Source: Chiloscyllium plagiosum (Eukaryota). Taken from it: 20,000 nt of DNA. Below, one piece after another: positions 10,047 to 19,515 of this stretch. The DNA lies in assembly GCF_004010195.1 (NCBI RefSeq), contig NC_057718.1, positions 68,188,736 to 68,208,735 of the forward strand, read 5' to 3'. Each line of letters begins with the position of its first letter. Positions within the stretch are counted from its first letter, which is position 1. The translations under genes were made by a program, and so were the position numbers. The notes below the pieces were generated by a model. The model was not told where the DNA came from. It did not search any database and saw only the letters and a program-made list of their open reading frames with translations.

Positions 10047-10590
10047 TGGCAGCAGCAGAGGAGTTAAACCGCTGTGTACATGATCATTGGCCAAAGATAG
10101 ACATGATGCTTTCCCACTGGGATAGGATTGAAAATCACAAACACATTGTATTCAGGACTCATCAAATTAGCTGTCACATCCAATGGAATAGGTTGACCAT
10201 CAGTTCATGAGTTGGAGGCACCTTCACCTTTGCCAATCGAATTGACAATCTTCTCTGGAGTTAGCACAAGCTTTTGTCAACTTTCACATGTGGTGTACTT
10301 GGTTGGAGAATGATTGAATTGTTGCACACAAGTGCCACATTCCCTCAGAACTTTGCACTGTTCTATTCACCCATCTATAGAAAGAATGGCTAGCAGGCTG
10401 GCACATTAGGCGTGACAGGTAGTCAATGCCCTTGATCAATTGCTACTACACTCAGGCTGCCACATGAAATAGAATTGAGGAAAGCCTCACTTTGGTTGTT
10501 AAGCATCTCACTAAAAATAGCAAAGTACTGTTCAGCTCCTTGTTAGCAGGGAAGCATAGGGGGGCCGTGAAAGGGAAGGTGGAAAAGGGA

Positions 10591-10740
10591 GACACAAACA
10601 CAGGTGCACTCAGATCCCTGCACACTCAGATATCCACACAGATACTGATACATGCGAGCACACATTGAAACACACATGCACACAAGCACAGACGTACAGA
10701 TGCAATCTCACAAATATGCACTTAAAGACATGCACACATC
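10591..10740. repeat. Degenerate (CA)n-derived low-complexity tract
   Basis: Repeated CACAC, CACAGA and CATGCA units. Confidence 0.6.
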
Positions 10741-11124
10741 AGTGTGCTATATTTTGCATCGTATTCTGATGGGAGGAGTCTGTCCTTAAACTGATGCACA
10801 TGGGACAGTCTGTATCAGTACAAGTTCTGAAACTCAGAGGACATCAGCCAAGAGCAGTCAGATAGAAAAACAAACAGTGAGCTTCTGTTGAAGCCAGAAA
10901 GATTGTGCCATATACGTGTACTAGAAAGGGGAAGATAATTAATAGCTGTACAAGGATTTGGGCATTAAGATTGTTGAATTGACATGTTTCTTATCAATGT
11001 TTATCAATCTGACACTAATTTCAAGGCTTCAGTACCTCATCCTTTCCAATGCTAACAGATACCTTGTGAAGAATGTTAAAGGCACAGTGGAGATTAGCAA
11101 TGGTATAATAAAAAAAAAGTAAGG

Positions 11125-12070
11125 AATGGGCATGGAAACCAACAATGGCAAACATAACCCTGTTGACCCTGAGAAATTCATTTCTTTAATATTTGGGAGC
11201 TTTTGCCAAAGTAGAGATTGTTTGGCATCAAGGCGCTCTAACAAAGCTGCAGTCAGAGAATTGGGGGCAGTCAGCTGGTTGGAGTCACAAAGGAAGATAG
11301 TTGTGGTTGTTGGAGCTCAATCATCTCAGCTTGAGGACATCTATGCAGAAGTTCCTCAGGGTAGCACCAAAGCAATTTAGCTGCTTCATCAACAACCTTC
11401 CCTGCATCAGAAGTGAAGATGTATGCTGATGATTGCTCAACTTTCAGCAGCATTCATTACTCCACAGATACTAAAGCACTCCATGTCATAATACAGCTAG
11501 ATTTGGGCCAACAAGTTGAAAGTAACATTCACATCATGCAAGTATCAGGCAATGACCATCTCCAACAAGAGACAATAACCATCTCCCCTTGACATTTAAT
11601 TCCATTGCTATCACTGAATCCCCTACTACCAATATCCTGGGCATTACCACTGACAAGCACTTGAACTGGACCAGCTATATTTAGCAATGGTTAGCAGTGG
11701 TGCCTCACAACGCCAGGGACTCGTGTTCGATTCCACCCCCAGGCAATTGTATGGAGGTTGCACATTCTCCCTGTGTCTGCGTGGGTTCCTCTGAGAGCTC
11801 TGGTTTCCCCTCTCAGTCCAAAGATGTGCAGGCTAGGTGGGTTGGCTATGAGAGGCGAAGGATTACAAGGATAGGATGAGGTTGTGGGTCTGGATGGGAT
11901 GCTTTTCAGAGGATTGGTGTGGACTTGATGGGTTAAATGGCCTGTTTCCACACTGTAGGGATTCTATGAATCTGTGATATAAATACTGTGGCCACAACAG
12001 CGGGTCAGTGGCTGAGAATTCTGAATAGGCTAACATCCCTCCTAACTGCCAGAGTTTGTTCTTCATCTAC
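11125..12070 (+). mobile_element. LINE fragment of a distinct CR1/L2-group family (RT domain), internally deleted, interrupted by a SINE
   Basis: VWHQGALTKLQS, WLES, QRKIVVVVGAQSS, EVPQGS, FSCFINNLP, MYADDC (YADD at 11422-11433), QAMTISNKR, NILGITTDKHLNWTSYI|NTVATTAGQWLRIL. The 5' extension to ~11125 rests on an EN-start-like NIWELLPK and is less certain. Confidence 0.8.
11681..11976 (+). mobile_element. HE1-type SINE nested in the LINE
   Basis: B box GTTCGATTCC at 11725-11734, V-SINE core, tail TGGCCTGTTTCCACACTGTAGGGATTCTATGA. ATAT duplication at 11677-11680 and 11977-11980. The host frame TSYI|NTVA is restored on removal. Confidence 0.92.
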
Positions 12071-12118
12071 TCTGCCAATTTTCTTTTCAATTTTCTAAAA
12101 ACTCCTATTTGGGAATCT

Positions 12119-12129
12119 AAGATGGTGGC
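12119..12129 (+). promoter_or_regulatory. YY1-like motif at the L1 5' end (internal promoter)
   Basis: AAGATGGTGGC is one CpG transition from AAGATGGCGGC and lies just after GGG at 12111, the position expected from other L1 5' ends. Confidence 0.45.
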
Positions 12130-12293
12130 AATCTGAGAGGTCTGCTTTGCTGAGCTCTGCGTCTCAGTTCAGGCAAAATAGCTCTTTCACCTCCCCAGTT
12201 AAATTACTTCTTTAAAAATTTGGTATTTAAAGAGCTTTTGAACTTGTAGAACTTATACAAGTTATGTTATAAAGTCTGCTTGATTAAAGAAAC

Positions 12294-13147
12294 ATGACAA
12301 AAGGTAAAGGATCCATCAAGTCCCAACACATGGGACACTCACCTGAGCAGCAGGACACTTCCGCGGCCGCAGTTAGCCTATTGGAGTCGTTCACTCACCA
12401 GGCCCTGGCTACGGAGCTTGCGAAACTGCGAGAGATAATCGAGTTGTCAGTTGAAGGTAAGTTCTGGGCCAGACTGAACCCGGTCACGGCCATGCTCCAC
12501 AAGGATGAGGAGCAGCTGGGAGGCTTAGGGTGCCGAACAGAGGAAGTTGAAAGAAGGCTCGCGGCTTTGGAAACCGAGATTGATTATTCAAAAGAACAAA
12601 TTTGAATACTGGAGAAGCAAATACTTACCTTACAGGAGCAAATTGATGACCTTGAAAACAGGTAGCCAGAAGAACATTCATGTTGTGGGGCTGCCAGACG
12701 GTGTAGAAGGCAGTCAGCCAGTAAGCTTCTTTGAAACCTGGCTGCCGTGATTCCTGGGCCTGGAGGATGTGTCGGGCCAGGTGAAAGTTGAAAGGGCCCA
12801 TCGAGTCGCGATGCGCAGGCCTTGCTCGGACGGACGCCCTCACGTGGTCCTAATGCAACTACACAGCTCAGGGACAAAGTGAAAGTTATGGAGACCTCCA
12901 GAATAAAGTGACAGGATTCCCAGGTTTTAACTTACCAAGGTTCCAAGATTATGTTCTTCAGGACCTCTCTGCAGTTGTAAAATTGTAAAAGGAAAACCTT
13001 TTAATGAAGCCAAGAAAAGGCTGACAGGCCTTGGTAATCAGTATTCCCTCAGGTACCCGGCTGTGCTTCGCTTTCCATATGATCGGTCTCTGTATTCTTT
13101 TGACTCTTCAGAAAAAGTGAAAAAGGATTTTGGGCACTCTAAAATAG
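12294..13147 (+). pseudogene. L1 ORF1p (coiled coil + RRM + CTD; Transposase_22-like), disrupted
   Basis: MTKGKG start, heptad-rich region, IDDLENR, KNIHVVGLPDGVEG, FFETWLP, VERAHR, YSLRYPAVLRF. Several stops and frameshifts. Confidence 0.9.
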
Positions 13148-14423
13148 GTCAGATAACTTAAAGGATGTGCACATTAAGTGTTTCTTTTTTCCTTCTATCC
13201 CTTTTTTTTAAAGAAGATTTTGCTGAACACCTTTTTTTCCCCTGATATTAATGAGTGATAATGTATATTTAGGGATGGGTAAAGTGTCTACTTTTAGTTT
13301 CCTTATTAAGTTTTTTTTATTCTTTCTCCTTTTTTTGGCCTGACTCTGGGATGTAGTCAAGCTGAAAGGAGATATAAAGGTGTTTTTGGGCTATGTAAGT
13401 TCCCCCTGTGGGGAGAAGGTAGAGTCCCTTGTTAAGTGTTTTGTATTTGGTTTAGTCTTTTTTTTTGTATATGTAGTTATTAGGGTGTTAGATGTAGTAG
13501 TTTTAGCTTGTGTATTTTTTAGGTGGTGTGAACTTTTTTTTGTCTATGGTCAGCAGTTGATAAGTTGAATTCTTCCTTTTTGGAGATTAAATGATGTCAT
13601 GGCTAATTGTAACTGTGTCCTCAAATGGCGTACTTAGAATGTCAGAGGGATCCATTCACCAGTTAGAAGGAAAAAGTGCTTTCTACTCTTAGAAATGAGA
13701 GGGTGGACATCACCCTTTTATAGGAGACTCATCTCAATGATAAAGATCATTTGAAATTGCAACAGGGTGGATTTGATCAGGTGTACTTTTCTTCCTTCAA
13801 TGCGAGGAGCAGGGGATTGGCCATACTAATGAGGAAGAACCTTTCATTTAAGTTGCTAGAACAGATTAAAGATGATTATAGGTAGCTTATGTTTCTTAGG
13901 GCCTCCGTACATGGAGAAGAGTATGGTATGTTGAATGTTTCTTGTCCCCCAGCGCACCCCCTTAAGTTTTTGATGGCTCTTGCACCACAGCAGATTATTA
14001 TAGGGGGAGACTTTAATTGCCTCATGCATCCCGCGGTGGATAGAATGCGTAAAGGCCCCTTAACATGTTCTTCACAATTAATGGACTTGTGTGCAGAATT
14101 GGGATTGGTGGATGTCTGGAGGTGTCTCCGCCCCATGGGCAGGGACATTATGTTCTTTTCTAATCAGTGCAAGTGTCATATCAGGATTGATTTTTCCTAA
14201 CCCCTGTATTACCTTTGGATTCCATAATGTCCTGTATAATTGGAAATGTTACTATTTCGGATCATGCAGCAGTTTATTTAGAGACCGAGTTTGAGGGCAA
14301 TGTTGCAGGCTCTCGGCACTGGCGAATGGATCCCTTTATTCTTAGGGACAGTAAGTTCATTGAATACTTCCTTAATGAATTTAAGGTATGCTTAGCCATC
14401 AATTTGATATGGTCAGTAACTCG

Positions 14424-14585
14424 GAGCATCGACGTTTCGGGCATGAGCCCTTCTCATGCCCGAAGGGCTCATGCCCGAAATGTCGATTCTCCTGCTCCTT
14501 GGATGCTGCCTGACCTGCTGTGCTTTTCCATCAACACATTTTCAGCTCTGATCTCCAGCATCTGCAGTCCTCACTTTCTCCATAA
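14424..14585 (+). mobile_element. Short Penelope-like terminal-repeat insertion with 5' inversion, nested in L1 ORF2
   Basis: Exact 11-bp TSD TCAGTAACTCG (14413-14423, 14586-14596). 30-bp inverted arms 14424-14453 and 14462-14491 contain hammerhead stem II GGGC-TCAT-GCCC plus GAAA. The L1 frame MVSNS|SSLSETAKAHARG is restored on removal. Confidence 0.85.
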
Positions 14586-16256
14586 TCAGTAACTCGTCTA
14601 GTCTTTCAGAGACGGCTAAGGCTCATGCCAGGGGGGTGATCATTTCTTACTCTGCCAGTCAGAAACGACAGAAGGGGGAGCAACAACGCCTGCTCAAGAT
14701 GCAATTAAAGGAAAGATGGATTTTGACAAGCCATCAGTTGTTAAGCTGCAGCGGCTTACATCTCTTCAGTCCACCTTGAATTCCTTGCTTACAAAGCAGC
14801 AAGGAAGGAACTTTCCTTCACGAAACAAAGACTGTTTGAACATGGCGACCAGCCGGGCAGGTATCTTGCATATCGAGCCAAGGGAAAGATGGGACTAGGG
14901 TGGTCATTTGCGACTCTAAGAAGATCAATGCAGCATTTCAGAAATTCTATTTTAAATTATACCAGTCTGAGCATTGTGAGGGTGGATCAGCTAAGATGGA
15001 GTCTTTAAAAACCTAGATCTTCCAAGTGTAACTTCTGAACGGGAGTCTTTTCTTAATGCCCCTTTAACAGGACAAGCGATATAGGAGACTATGAAACAGA
15101 TGCAGCATGGGAAGACACCTAGCCCTGACAGTCTCCCTAGCGAGTTTTACAAGGAATTTAGAAGTATATTGTCGGGACTACCGTTAGACGGAAAATGATT
15201 CATATGGTCATGACCGTGTCCTGCCATCCCTAAGAGAGGCTAACATTTCTCTCTTTCTCAAGAAAGGGAAAATTCCAGAAGAATGTGCATCCTATAGGCC
15301 CATCTCACTTTTGAACACAGATTTTAACATATTGTCTGAGGTTCTTGCATTAAGATTGGAAACTGTGCTGCCTTCTGTTGTTAAGGACAATCAGACTGGC
15401 TTCATAAAAAGCCGTTGATCCTCCAATAAATGTCAGGAGGATGCTGAACGTGATTTAAGCTTGTCAGCAGCATTCAGTTCAGGGATTAGTGGTCTCCTTA
15501 GATGTAGAAAAGGCATTTGATTGGGTCGAGTGGCCATACCTTTTTTATATCCTTGAATGATTTGGATTGTGGGAGGTTTTTATTAGGCGGGTGAGGGTCC
15601 TTTATACTGATCCTCTGGCAATGGTTCTCACCAATGGTGTGAGGTCTAGTAATTTTAATATCTGTAGGGGCAGTTGGTAAGGCCATTACTTTTCACACTG
15701 GCGACTGAGCTGCTGGCAGAGGCAACCCGTAAGGATCCTAATATAGCCGCCCCGAAAGTAGAGTCTAAATCACATCAGATCACATTATACACAGGTGATG
15801 TTCTTGTTTTTCTATTGAATCCAGTGGTCTCTGGATCCCATCTGATGCAATGTATCAATTCATTTGGCTCCTTTTCAGGTTATAAGATTCATTTCTCAAA
15901 ATATTTGAGGTGGACCGTGAATCACAGTTCCCCATCAAATGGTCACCGGAGGGTTTTCTTTCTTTAGGCATCTTTGTTACTCCTATTTTTGGTTGGTTGT
16001 TTAAGGCTAATTTTGCCCATTTACTCGACAAGAGTAATCAAGATCTTCAGCGATGGGAGGCTCTTCCAATATCCTGGCTAGGCTGAGTAGCTCTTATCAA
16101 AATGAATGTTCTCCCCTGTTTGTTATATCCTATAAAGGGAGCATTCATATTTTTCCTAGGCAAACATTCCAGAGATTTAGTGGATGGTTTAGCTCCATTA
16201 TTTGGTGCACAGGCAACCTCTTTTCAAACTGTCTAAATTGCAGTTGTCTCAGGAGT

Positions 16257-16290
16257 GGGGTGGTGGGGGGGGTGGTGGAGGGGTAGTGGG
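16257..16290 (+). repeat. G-rich expansion with a canonical G-quadruplex pattern inside L1 ORF2
   Basis: GGGG-TGGT-GGGGGGGG-TGGTGGA-GGGG-TAGT-GGG: four G-runs with loops of 7 nt or less. Confidence 0.6.
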
Positions 16291-16830
16291 AGTGGATTTC
16301 CCAGGCATTAGAAAATGCCAATTAGTTCTCTTCTATCTTTTGCCAGTGACTGGGCTTGTAAAGACCCAGTGTCAATATGGCTGGATGTTGAGGCCTCCCA
16401 GGCAAAATTAGTCTGCTGTTTTTAGATAAATTGAAGATGGTCACAGAATATTGCCATAATCCAATAATTAGTAATGCTGTTAAGGCATGGGGGGCAATGC
16501 ATCCAAAATGTCCTTTCTTGCCCCTATAGCTGATATGCCAGGTTTTCAGCCAGGTATAATGGAACCCAGATTTCAGCTCTGGGCAGCGAGAGAAATCTCC
16601 TGTTTGAGTGATTTATTTGAAGGTGAAATAATGATGTCCTTTGACCAAATAATCCGTAAATTTGGTTTAACTAGTAGAGACTTTTTTTCGCTTTTTTCAG
16701 TTCAAGGATTTTATTCAAAAAAGGGACAACGCTTTTAACCGACCCCTGCAGATCTGTTATGGAGAAGAGGGTGCTTTATGCTAAAAGTACTCTGTCTATT
16801 AGTATCCTTTGTCATATGTTAGGGTGTTTT

Positions 16831-17083
16831 TTAGATTAGATTAGATTACTTACAGTGTGGAAACAGGCCCTTCGGCCCAACAAGTCCACACCGCCCCGCC
16901 GAAGCGCAACCCACCCATACCCCTACATTAACCCTTACCTAACACTACGGGCAATTTAGCATGGCCAATTCACCTGANNNNNNNNNNNNNNNNNNNNNNN
17001 NNNNNNNNCAGTCACCTGAGGCGGGAATTGAACCCGGGTCTCTAGCGCTGTGAGGCAGCAGTGCTAACCACTGTGCCACCGTG
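16831..17083 (-). mobile_element. Young HE1-type SINE nested antisense in L1 ORF2 (spans an assembly gap)
   Basis: Minus strand: CACGGTGGCACAGTGGTTAGCACTGCTGCCTCACAGCGC...GGTTCAATTCC head and GGGCCGAAGGGCCTGTTTCCACACTGTAAG(TAATC)3 tail. CpGs retained. Possible GTGT duplication at 16824-16827 and 17081-17084. Confidence 0.93.
16978..17008. other. Assembly gap (31 N)
   Basis: Run of N inside the SINE. Confidence 1.
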
Positions 17084-17985
17084 TGATCTTTCAGAGGATA
17101 TTGAGCAGCTTTGTGGGGTCTGGGAGAGAGAATTAGGGGTTGGGATCTCTATGGGGGACACTTGGGAGAATGCGAGGAAGATTTCGATCAGTAATAGGAT
17201 CCATGCCATGCAGCTAAAGATTTTGCATAGGGTCCATCTGTCCCCAGACCATCTCTCAAAAATTAAGGTGGCAGTATCTTCATTGTGTCCTCAGTGTAAA
17301 ACAAGCAATGGCACTCACTCATTGTTTATGGTCTTGCCGCAAGCTCTGTACAAACTGGGGTGCTGTGGCAGGAGATATAGAGAGGGACTTGGGGGGGCCA
17401 ATGTTAAGATGGACCTATCTCTCTTCTCCCAGGCCTACCCAATATATCTTCTCTGGACTCTCATGGGGAAAAAAGCTTTTTAATGTTCTTTCTTACTGTG
17501 CAAGGTAAAATATTCTAATGTGTTGGATCTCTGAAACTCTCTGGGTCTGTTGGGTTGGCCATGGGCTTATCGTGGAGCATATTACTCTGGGCATTTTTAC
17601 GAATATGGTAAATCAGAAAACTGAATTTTTTTATTGGATATGGCAACCCTTTCTGGAGTATTTGGATGGAGATTTATCTGCCATTTTAACTCGGGCTTTT
17701 GTGTAGCCATGACGGCCTGATCTAGTGTACTTGATGTCCTCAAAGGAAGAATTTTGAATAAATTCACATGTAAAATTTCAGGATCTCTGAGATCGGGGAC
17801 TAATGTTTTGTTGAGCTGAGCTGTTTTATTTATTTATTAATTACTTTTATTGATCTGCTTATTTTGCACATAAGTAATGTTGTGGTTTGTTTGGTTTTTT
17901 TTCTCTTTTGCTGTTATACACATATAATGTTTTCTTTCGTTGGTGTTGTAATTTTTTTTGTAATTTTATAAAAAAAATCTCTTTC

Positions 17986-17991
17986 AATAAA
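17986..17991 (+). terminator. L1 polyadenylation signal
   Basis: AATAAA followed by an A-rich tail ending at ~18008, just before the candidate TSD. Confidence 0.7.
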
Positions 17992-18008
17992 AATATCTAT
18001 ATAAAAAA

Positions 18009-18350
18009 CAAGCTTCTTTTCAAAAGCCATGATTGAATCTGCCTCCACCACAGTCAGTGCATTCTATACTCTAACCACCAACGACATAGCAAGTTATTCT
18101 TCATGCCACCATTGCTTCTTTTGCTGGTCACTTTAAACCCATGCACTCTAGGTCTTGACTATTAAAGTAATTGAAACAGTTTATCTTTATCTATTCTGCC
18201 AAGACTACTTTTAATTCTGCAATGACAACACTCTCAGCTTTGACAAACTATCTTTGCGGCTGAGGACTGTCATCCTTAAAACCATTCTCTTCTGCATCCT
18301 TATTATTGTTTTCTCATCCTTCCCAAAGGCACGGTGTCCAGAATTGTTCA
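18009..18350 (-). mobile_element. Old CR1 3'-region fragment, the target of the L1 insertion
   Basis: TGAATCTGCCTCCACCACAGTCAGTGCATTCTATACTCTAACCACC...GGTGTCCAGAATTG parallels the antisense CR1 end at ~19610-19700 and beyond. 12071-12090 looks like its continuation on the other side of the L1. Confidence 0.7.
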
Positions 18351-18648
18351 TTATGAGCTGAATTTACCTAAAATTTGGCTAAGTGTCAATGTTAAGGAGT
18401 TTCATGGAAGGTATCTCTCTATGAGCTCCAGCAAGTTTTCTTATGCAACTTTACATTATTACCTCATCAACTGTGTACCATGGAGACACTCACATTATCC
18501 TTTGCTCACTGGTGGCACAGTGCTTGCCATTGCTGAGTCCTCTCAAGACTTTGAGCACCACAGCCGAAGCCCAGCTGTGCACCACTTCAAACTCTGCAGA
18601 ACTCTAATTGGACTTCACTGTTTCAGTGTAATAAGAACTGTCCTTGAG

Positions 18649-19243
18649 ATGACCAATCAAAGAAAATTGCTATCTTGCTTTGTTGACAGGGTCCTAGAGG
18701 TTCTGGTGGAGGTGCTGGTGGATAGGTAGGCTGTCCTCTTCTCTCAGGACCATGGAAGGAGATCATGCCACCAGACACTGTGAGCCAATTCTGAAGCGAC
18801 CACCCAGGTCAGTGTGGCGTCCACAGTCCGAAGAAGCACCCAGTTCTGCAGAAAGGTGTTTAGTGATGCATTGTAGTTCACACCTCCTCTCTACTACCTT
18901 GCACTCTGTCATTGCTCACTTCCCATTAAGGTTCATTGTCCACCATTCTCACTATTGCATCTTTGCTCTATTGCCCTTAACTATCCTGTTCCCCTCAACT
19001 ACTTATCTTTCCTGCCCTCTGCACTTCCCACTCACTTATTCAGTACACCTCACCACCTTCCCTCAACCTGCACAAACATTAACAGTTGCACCAGCAACCG
19101 TTTCATCCCAAGAGAAAACTCTGCATAATGGGTCAGAGAGGGATAAGGGGGATGGTGATGGTGGAGAGCCTGACAGTTATCTGCTTAGTCCCCATGAGGA
19201 ACAAATCTTTGCTTTATTGGGAAAAGACCATAGCCACATCATG
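18649..19243 (+). pseudogene. Two-exon Myb/SANT-like DNA-binding protein gene of a PIF/Harbinger transposon (NAIF1/MSANTD-like), inactivated
   Basis: Exon 1 (18649-~18867): MTNQRKLLSCFVDRVLEVLVEVLVDR*AVLFSQDHGRRSCHQTL*ANSEATTQVSVASTVRRSTQFCRKVFSD. A C/T-rich intron follows. Exon 2 from 19112: EKTLHNGSERDKGDGDGGEPDSYLLSPHEEQIFALLG (~EK..HN..ER..TGGG.P...LTP.EE...LLG). Confidence 0.75.
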
Positions 19244-19515
19244 TGAAGAATGTGTAATGATTAATGCCATGGTCAAAATTGCTTATGGTCAGAATTTTTA
19301 TTCAACATAGTTGGTCACTGCAGGAGGTACACATGCAGAATTCGGTGATTACAGATGTTTTTAATACTTTGTAAAGTAACTGATCAAAGCAACTACCCCC
19401 AAAGGGCCTCAAGAACAACTCAATTCCCCAGACAAAAAAAACACTTCATCAAGGTATGGTTGCAGTCATTTTCTATTTGCATTCTTGATTTGGAGGACAA
19501 TGGAAATCAACTCTT

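Larger units (their letters stand above)
9470..10085 (+). pseudogene. Probable heavily decayed Harbinger-type Myb/SANT gene, interrupted by the Penelope-like palindrome
   Basis: Exon-1-like SKCGSSFFDSVLQELI (~RF.D..LE.L), then a C/T-rich intron-like tract (~9620-9750), then ERMERTPGRDKEPDITTLT [insertion] LAAAEELNRCVHD. Same layout as 18649-19243. Confidence 0.35.
13599..17706 (+). pseudogene. L1 ORF2p (APE endonuclease, RT, CCHC zinc knuckle), disrupted
   Basis: T*NVRG, ETHL, IIIGGDFN, RIDF, ISDHAAV, RGVIISYS, SYRPISLLNTDF, SLDVEKAFDWVEWPYLF, YTGD in place of YADD (15788-15799), CPQC...HCLWSC (17286-17337) and C-terminal IWQPFLEYL ending at TAG 17704-17706. Confidence 0.93.
12091..18008 (+). 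mobile_element. Full-length, inactivated L1 retrotransposon (fish-type L1 clade)
   Basis: 5' UTR, ORF1, T-rich ~450 bp spacer, ORF2 (EN-RT-CCHC), T-rich 3' UTR, AATAAA and a short A tail. Candidate TSD CAATTTTCTTTTCAA (12076-12090) / CAAGCTTCTTTTCAA (18009-18023), 13/15 identical. Confidence 0.92.

Noticed and set aside
18334..19246. 131-aa and 164-aa ORFs as host genes
   Set aside because: Only the end of each corresponds to a Myb exon; the rest is read-through of UTR-like or intron sequence.
19269..19298. ATGGTCAAAATT / ATGGTCAGAATT tandem pair as a transposon terminus
   Set aside because: Short, wrong orientation for a right TIR, and no matching partner in the window.
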